Shown: positions 58,974 to 64,000 of the stretch, in pieces
How positions within the stretch are numbered: position 1 is the stretch's first letter
How the letters are laid out: each line of letters opens with the position of its first letter
Sequence record: MF327004
Direction: 5' to 3' (one strand)
Source: Shigella phage Sf17
Length of the DNA: 64,000 bases
Translations under genes and position numbers: made by a program
Notes under the pieces: generated by a model
What the model was told of the DNA's origin: nothing
Seen by the model: only the letters and a program-made list of their open reading frames with translations
Databases searched by the model: none

Positions 58974-60041
58974 ATGGGGCTTTTTCGTATGGAGAGTACA
59001 ATGGAACAATACACCTTAACAAAGCTCCCAGAGAGCGTTACACACGTCTTTATTGACTCTGATAGCATTGCTTACAAAGGTGCTTGTGTAGTTGAAAAAG
59101 CAAAGTACAAGTATGTGAATAAAATCACTGCTGAAGAATCCGACGCTTTTGATAGTGCAAAACTGGCAGCACAATGGCTGTCTGACCAAAGAGTTTTAAC
59201 TGAAGAGTTAGGACTTGACTTTGATGAAGATGAATGGGAAAGACAGACTTGGAAGGAGGCTAAGAGTGAAGCTGAAGCAATTATGGCTACACAGCAAGTT
59301 CTTCAGGAGTGGTTGAAAGTCGTTGGTAAAGAACGCAAATGGATGGGTTACCTTACTGAGAAAGGTGTTCACAAACACAAGGATATCAAAGGTCTTGAAC
59401 ACCAATACCAAGGTAACAGAAAAGAAGCTGTAACACCTACACACCTAGTTGCTTGTCGTGAGTATCTTCTGTCACGACCAGAGTTTAAGCTCCTAAAGGG
59501 GGGCTTCGAAGCAGACTCTATCGTTATTGCAAAAGCTGAGAAGATGGGTAAAAAAGCTGCTCTGATGAGTATTGATAAAGACCTTCGTCAAGCTGAAGGA
59601 ACTTACTGTATTGATATGACTTACGAGAAAGCTCCATTAATTTTCATTGCAGATAATAACGTTGGTGAGATTTGGGATTGCCCTATCAAATCTAAACCGA
59701 AAGCTAAGAAGACAGTCGGAGTAGGTTTTAAATTCCTCTGCTATCAAGCTGTAGCAGGTGATAATGCAGATAACTACTTCGGTTTAAAAGGTGCTGGTAA
59801 GGTTGCAGTGATGAATGCACTGGAAGGTAAAACTACCTACAAAGAGTGCTTAGACGCAATCTATGAGCTTTATGCTAAGAAAGAGTCATACACCTATGAA
59901 TCATGGGATGGTCAGATTGTGACAAGAACTCCACTAGAATTAATGGAGCAACACTTCTGGATTGCTTATCAAGAACGAAATCCTAAAGATGATTTTACGT
60001 TTAAAAAATACAATTGGGAGCCAGTTATGAATGAAGATTAA
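58974..60041 (+). CDS. 5-prime to 3-prime exonuclease / flap endonuclease (RNase H-like)
   Basis: N-terminal acidic cluster VFIDSDSIAY and H3TH-like motif GDNADNYFGLKGAGKVAV; true start may be an internal Met near 59001. Confidence 0.6.
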   Translation: MGLFRMESTMEQYTLTKLPESVTHVFIDSDSIAYKGACVVEKAKYKYVNKITAEESDAFDSAKLAAQWLSDQRVLTEELGLDFDEDEWERQTWKEAKSEAEAIMATQQVLQEWLKVVGKERKWMGYLTEKGVHKHKDIKGLEHQYQGNRKEAVTPTHLVACREYLLSRPEFKLLKGGFEADSIVIAKAEKMGKKAALMSIDKDLRQAEGTYCIDMTYEKAPLIFIADNNVGEIWDCPIKSKPKAKKTVGVGFKFLCYQAVAGDNADNYFGLKGAGKVAVMNALEGKTTYKECLDAIYELYAKKESYTYESWDGQIVTRTPLELMEQHFWIAYQERNPKDDFTFKKYNWEPVMNED

Positions 60042-60531
60042 AGGATTTGGAAATTGCCCTGTTTATGGACATTGGGTTTCACTGTGCGGGGAAATTGACC
60101 CCGCTAACTATTTTGGTTTTGTCTATTTAGTATACTGTAAGAAAACTGGACAATATTATATTGGAAAGAAACAATTTAATAACGTCACTAAGAAAAAGGT
60201 TGCTGGAAAGACCAGACGTAAAGTCGTGACAAAAGAAAGTGATTGGATGACTTATCAAACATCTTCTGAATACATTAAGAAAGATATTGAATCTTTTGGT
60301 GAAAAAGAGTTTGACTTCTACATCATCCAGACTTACTATACGCGAGGTGGCTTAGTTTATGGCGAAGCTAACCTACAACATAAGTTTGACGTCATGACAA
60401 AAAGGATTGACTCTAAGCTTCGACTCTTCTACAATGCAAACATTGCAGCAATCAAGTTTCTTACAAAAGAGACTTATGATGAAGCTGAGAAGAGAATCAC
60501 TAAAATCATGAAACTTAATGAGAGAGTTTAA
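60031..60531 (+). CDS. GIY-YIG-type nuclease domain protein
   Basis: FGFVYLVYCKKTGQYYIGKK fits GIY-(10-11 aa)-YIG spacing, followed by conserved Arg/Glu/Asn positions. Confidence 0.45.
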   Translation: MKIKGFGNCPVYGHWVSLCGEIDPANYFGFVYLVYCKKTGQYYIGKKQFNNVTKKKVAGKTRRKVVTKESDWMTYQTSSEYIKKDIESFGEKEFDFYIIQTYYTRGGLVYGEANLQHKFDVMTKRIDSKLRLFYNANIAAIKFLTKETYDEAEKRITKIMKLNERV

Positions 60532-60532
60532 A

Positions 60533-60748
60533 ATGTTTAATAAAATCAAAAATGACCATGTTTCTAAAATCCAGAGTGGTGTAGCAGCACTGAAGGAAAC
60601 TATCAGTAAAGCTAAGTCAGCTACAGAAGCTGAGATGGATGCTCTGGAATCACAAATTCAACATCTGTTAAGCAAACGTGTTGAACTCAAAGAACGAATG
60701 GACTATATTGAGTCTCAACAAAAGTTGTTTGAAGATAAGGAGGCTTAA
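60533..60748 (+). CDS. hypothetical coiled-coil protein (start trimmed from 60518)
   Basis: ATG at 60533 follows upstream stop. Confidence 0.4.
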   Translation: MFNKIKNDHVSKIQSGVAALKETISKAKSATEAEMDALESQIQHLLSKRVELKERMDYIESQQKLFEDKEA

Positions 60749-61503
60749 TGTTTAATTCCAGAGAATCCGTAAGAAATTGGAATCTACGTTGTGGCAATAA
60801 TCCAAAAGAACCATACAGCACAGAGTATTGGGAATCACTGAAAAGCCAATCTCTGTGTATGCTTGAAGAAGCTAGAGAGTTAGTCGCAGCAGTAGAAGCC
60901 AAAGACCCTGTTGAGACCCTTGATGCTCAAGCTGATTTGCAGTATGTACTTGATGGTTTAATTTTCCTGACACAACATGACCATGATGGTGCTATCAAGG
61001 CTGTTTGTGAAAACAACAACCTCAAATACACAGACGACTATCAAGAAGCTCTACAGCGAATGTTTGATATTGAGAAACGTACTGGTGATGAATGTTACCT
61101 GCGTCAATCAATCATCGAAGGTAAAGAGTGGTTTGCGATTATTCGCAAGTCTGATGGTAAGATTATGAAACAGTCTAATCTTCCAAAAGTTCAACTTGAA
61201 AGTTTTATTGCAGAAGTTGACGCAAAAGAATTATTTGTGGTAACATCTGACACATGCGTTATCTGCCAAGGACTGATTGGAAGTCTTGGTAGTCTTGGCA
61301 TTAAAAACTTTTCTAAAGTTGAACCAATCTCTTCAAAAGCAGATAAAGATTTCTGCCGTGAGAATGGATTATGGCTTGCGGATATTGTGTACTATGATGG
61401 TGAGAAGTTCCATGTAACCTCATATCCGAAATTGAATTATGATGCAATCAACCTCAAGCAGTGGTTGAAAGGAGTCGGTTATAATGGATTCACAGAACAT
61501 TAA
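60748..61503 (+). CDS. putative MazG-like NTP pyrophosphohydrolase domain fused to C-terminal CxxC redoxin-like domain
   Basis: N-terminal LEEARELVAAVEAKDPVETLDAQADLQYVLDGLIFL resembles MazG helices; C-terminal FVVTSDTCVICQGL has CxxC; just upstream of nrdA. Confidence 0.4.
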   Translation: MFNSRESVRNWNLRCGNNPKEPYSTEYWESLKSQSLCMLEEARELVAAVEAKDPVETLDAQADLQYVLDGLIFLTQHDHDGAIKAVCENNNLKYTDDYQEALQRMFDIEKRTGDECYLRQSIIEGKEWFAIIRKSDGKIMKQSNLPKVQLESFIAEVDAKELFVVTSDTCVICQGLIGSLGSLGIKNFSKVEPISSKADKDFCRENGLWLADIVYYDGEKFHVTSYPKLNYDAINLKQWLKGVGYNGFTEH

Positions 61504-61810
61504 TAAAGGTGAAGAAGTGGTGGCAAAAAGCCACTTCTCCAACTACAACCTCTCTATGACAGTGTTTATGAATGATTCACTGTTAGACAAGTACGGAGAG
61601 AAGCCAGAAACGATTCTGGATAATGAACAAGTATTAGCAGCAGTGTTGTATAAGTATGGCTTAAATATTGATAAACCGTACTCTTACGAGATTTGCCAGC
61701 ACAGAAATACTTTTGGTAAAGTTGTTGTAGCCCCCCTGTTCATGGGTGTAGAGCGCACAGATGACCAGTGGATTTACTTGAAACGAAACTTGGATAGATA
61801 TCATGTCTAA
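61484..61810 (+). CDS. hypothetical protein (108 aa)
   Basis: ORF; start may be an internal Met to avoid overlap. Confidence 0.4.
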   Translation: MDSQNINKGEEVVAKSHFSNYNLSMTVFMNDSLLDKYGEKPETILDNEQVLAAVLYKYGLNIDKPYSYEICQHRNTFGKVVVAPLFMGVERTDDQWIYLKRNLDRYHV

Positions 61811-62138
61811 AATTAAGAAGTTAACTAAAGAAGAAATCAAAGCTGGTGAAGAACTAGGCAATGATAAGTTTGGTGAGACATTACATCATGGTGACTTTGT
61901 AATGTACACTGAAGATTGCAAAGGTCGCAGCGATATCAAATTTGGACGAGTTGTCTGCAAAGTACGTGGTAACTTTTCAATTGCAAGACTTGAAGAAGAT
62001 ATTAGTGAGAAACTTGACATGGCATTCGATGAAGGTAAACGTTACTGGTACATGAATACAATGTCTAAAGGTTCACTAACAAAAGTGTCACAGAAGTTCA
62101 TTGAACTCTGGGAAAGTAAAAAGATTTTTAGCATTTAA
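61803..62138 (+). CDS. hypothetical protein (111 aa)
   Basis: ORF followed by strong terminator. Confidence 0.45.
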   Translation: MSKIKKLTKEEIKAGEELGNDKFGETLHHGDFVMYTEDCKGRSDIKFGRVVCKVRGNFSIARLEEDISEKLDMAFDEGKRYWYMNTMSKGSLTKVSQKFIELWESKKIFSI

Positions 62139-62145
62139 TCTCTAA

Positions 62146-62170
62146 GGGGTCTCTTCGGAGACCCTTTTTC
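62146..62170 (+). terminator. rho-independent terminator
   Basis: GGGGTCTC-ttcg-GAGACCC followed by TTTTT. Confidence 0.65.
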
Positions 62171-62189
62171 ACCTGTAGGATTTAATATA

Positions 62190-64000
62190 ATGATTACTAC
62201 TATTCGCAAATCAGACGGTACAATCGTACCATTCGAACCAGAACGTTTAAATAAGTGGGCTTCATGGGCTGACAAGAGAGGAATTATCTGGTCAGAAGTT
62301 GTAATGGAAGCTATGAAGCGTGTCTATGAAGGTTGCACAACAAAAGAAATGCACCAAGCTATGATTGACGTTTGTATTGATAAGCAAACTCAAGAGTACT
62401 CTGATATGGCTGGGAGACTACTTCTTGGCATTATCTACAAAGAAGCTTTTGGTGGATTTACAAAGGTTCCTCAATTACTTCCATTTGTGATGAAGATGGA
62501 GCAGATGGGGCTTTGGGAGCATATGGATTACACACCTGAAGAGATTGACTATTTACAAGGTCACATTGTACATTCAAAAGATATCTCTTATGGGTATGCA
62601 GTACTGAAGCAGTTCCGTGATAAGTATGGAATCCGTGACATTAAAAGTGGTAAGCTGTTTGAGTCTCCACAGTTTATGTTCATGGGTATGGCTATGAAAT
62701 CCTTTGAAAGACAGCCTAAACAGCGCCGTTTAGATGATGTTATTAAGCTCTACACATATCTATCTGACCTGAAGATTAATGCCCCTACACCGTATCTGAA
62801 TGGTCTGAGAGCTACAAAATCTGGCTATGCTTCATGCTGCCTAATTAAAGCAAACGATACTGCTGAATCTCTTGGCATTGCTACAAAAGTAGCTTATGAC
62901 ATGACCACTAAGCAAGCAGGTATTGGTATGCTGATGGAGACCAGAACAATTGGTGATGGAATCCGACAAAATACTATTGAGCATATGGGAAAACTCCCTT
63001 ATTATAAGCTTGTACGTGCTGCTGTAGAAGCTAATAAGCAGAAGAGTCGTGGTGGTTCAGCTAATAACTTCTTCACTGCATTAGACCCACAGATTGAGGA
63101 TTTGCTACGCTTGAAGCACCCTACAACGGTTCCTGCAAAGCGTATTAATGAAATGGATTACTCATTTGGTGCAAATGATTACTTCTGGCAATGTGTACAG
63201 TACGATACAGATTGGTTGCTATTCTCTTACAAAGACGCACCAAGACTGTATGATATGTTCTACACAGCAAGTGCTGATGAATTTGCTATGGCAGTAGGTC
63301 ACGCAGTTCATACAGGTGTTAAACATAAACGTGTAAAGGCTCGTGAGGTTGCCAAGTTGTTTATTCAGCAACGTTATGCTACAGGACGTGTTTACCCGTT
63401 CTTTACTAACAACGCAAACTATCATACACCTTTCAAAGAGCCTTTGAAAATGTCAAACCTGTGTATGGAGATTGTCTTACCAGTTCATGGTTTTGAGGAT
63501 GAAAGAGACCTGTATAGCTACACAGCCAAGAAAGAAGATGGTGAAGTTGCTCTTTGCTTCCTAGCTAGTTTGGTTGCAGGGAGAATCACAGAAGATGAAT
63601 ACGCTGACGTTGCTTATTATGCTCTTGCAATGGTTGACTCCGTTATTGACCTTATGGATTATCCGTATCCGTCAATGCGTAACCATGTTCAGAAGCGTCG
63701 TTCTGTTGGTATTGGCCTTACTAATGTGGCTCATTACCTTGCGAAGAACTATGTGAACTACTCATCAAGGGCTGGTAAAACTAAACTTCATGAGTTGGCT
63801 GAGATGCACTCTTACTTCTTGCATGAAGCATCTTTAAGACTCGCAAAAGAGCGTGGTGTACCAGAGTACATGCAGTTTACTAAGTACCCTGACGGTTGGG
63901 TTCCACCAAAGACTGCTAACAAGAAAATTGATGAAAAGCACGATGCAAAACTTCGTTATGATTGGGATGACCTGTCACATCGAATCAAAGAAAATGGAGG
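62190..64000 (+). CDS. nrdA: ribonucleotide reductase class I large subunit (partial, runs off window end)
   Basis: N-terminal ATP-cone-like IRKSDGTIVPFEPERL, catalytic motif SNLCMEIVLP, frame open from ATG 62190 to 64000. Confidence 0.9.
   Translation, partial: MITTIRKSDGTIVPFEPERLNKWASWADKRGIIWSEVVMEAMKRVYEGCTTKEMHQAMIDVCIDKQTQEYSDMAGRLLLGIIYKEAFGGFTKVPQLLPFVMKMEQMGLWEHMDYTPEEIDYLQGHIVHSKDISYGYAVLKQFRDKYGIRDIKSGKLFESPQFMFMGMAMKSFERQPKQRRLDDVIKLYTYLSDLKINAPTPYLNGLRATKSGYASCCLIKANDTAESLGIATKVAYDMTTKQAGIGMLMETRTIGDGIRQNTIEHMGKLPYYKLVRAAVEANKQKSRGGSANNFFTALDPQIEDLLRLKHPTTVPAKRINEMDYSFGANDYFWQCVQYDTDWLLFSYKDAPRLYDMFYTASADEFAMAVGHAVHTGVKHKRVKAREVAKLFIQQRYATGRVYPFFTNNANYHTPFKEPLKMSNLCMEIVLPVHGFEDERDLYSYTAKKEDGEVALCFLASLVAGRITEDEYADVAYYALAMVDSVIDLMDYPYPSMRNHVQKRRSVGIGLTNVAHYLAKNYVNYSSRAGKTKLHELAEMHSYFLHEASLRLAKERGVPEYMQFTKYPDGWVPPKTANKKIDEKHDAKLRYDWDDLSHRIKENG

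Overview
The window reads as a contiguous piece of a virulent, low-GC tailed-phage genome; no integrase or repressor module was seen. Layout: (1) 1-1000, three small plus-strand early ORFs each behind a conserved hairpin and ribosome-binding cassette; (2) 1010-2500, about 1.5 kb of non-coding DNA packed with short phased repeats; (3) 2546-10438, a minus-strand block of small hypothetical genes plus a T4-lysozyme-like endolysin and a paralogous pair of Ig-like-domain proteins; (4) 10829-12692, a vWA (MIDAS) protein immediately upstream of (5) 12830-17900, an array of about 29 tRNA genes interspersed with non-tRNA structured elements and small ORFs; (6) 18112-41889, the plus-strand late operon (large terminase, portal, protease/scaffold, decoration and major capsid protein, then a myovirus-type tail with sheath, tube, frameshifted chaperones, tape measure, baseplate and two His-rich tail fibers); (7) 41926-53138, a minus-strand block with thymidylate synthase, DHFR, ATP-dependent ligase, family A DNA polymerase and many small accessory genes; (8) 53398-64000, a plus-strand block with dNMP kinase, primase-helicase, SSB-like protein, flap endonuclease, GIY-YIG nuclease and the start of class I ribonucleotide reductase. 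The gene content resembles Felix-O1-like myoviruses, but that is a recollection-based impression, not a database result. The most unusual signals are the paired structured non-coding regions bracketing a two-gene cassette at 45883-47640, the four conserved structured repeats and other non-tRNA elements inside the tRNA array next to the vWA protein, and the repeat array at 1010-2500. All calls come from manual reading and the supplied ORF track; tRNA coordinates and anticodons are hand folds and may be off by a few nucleotides.
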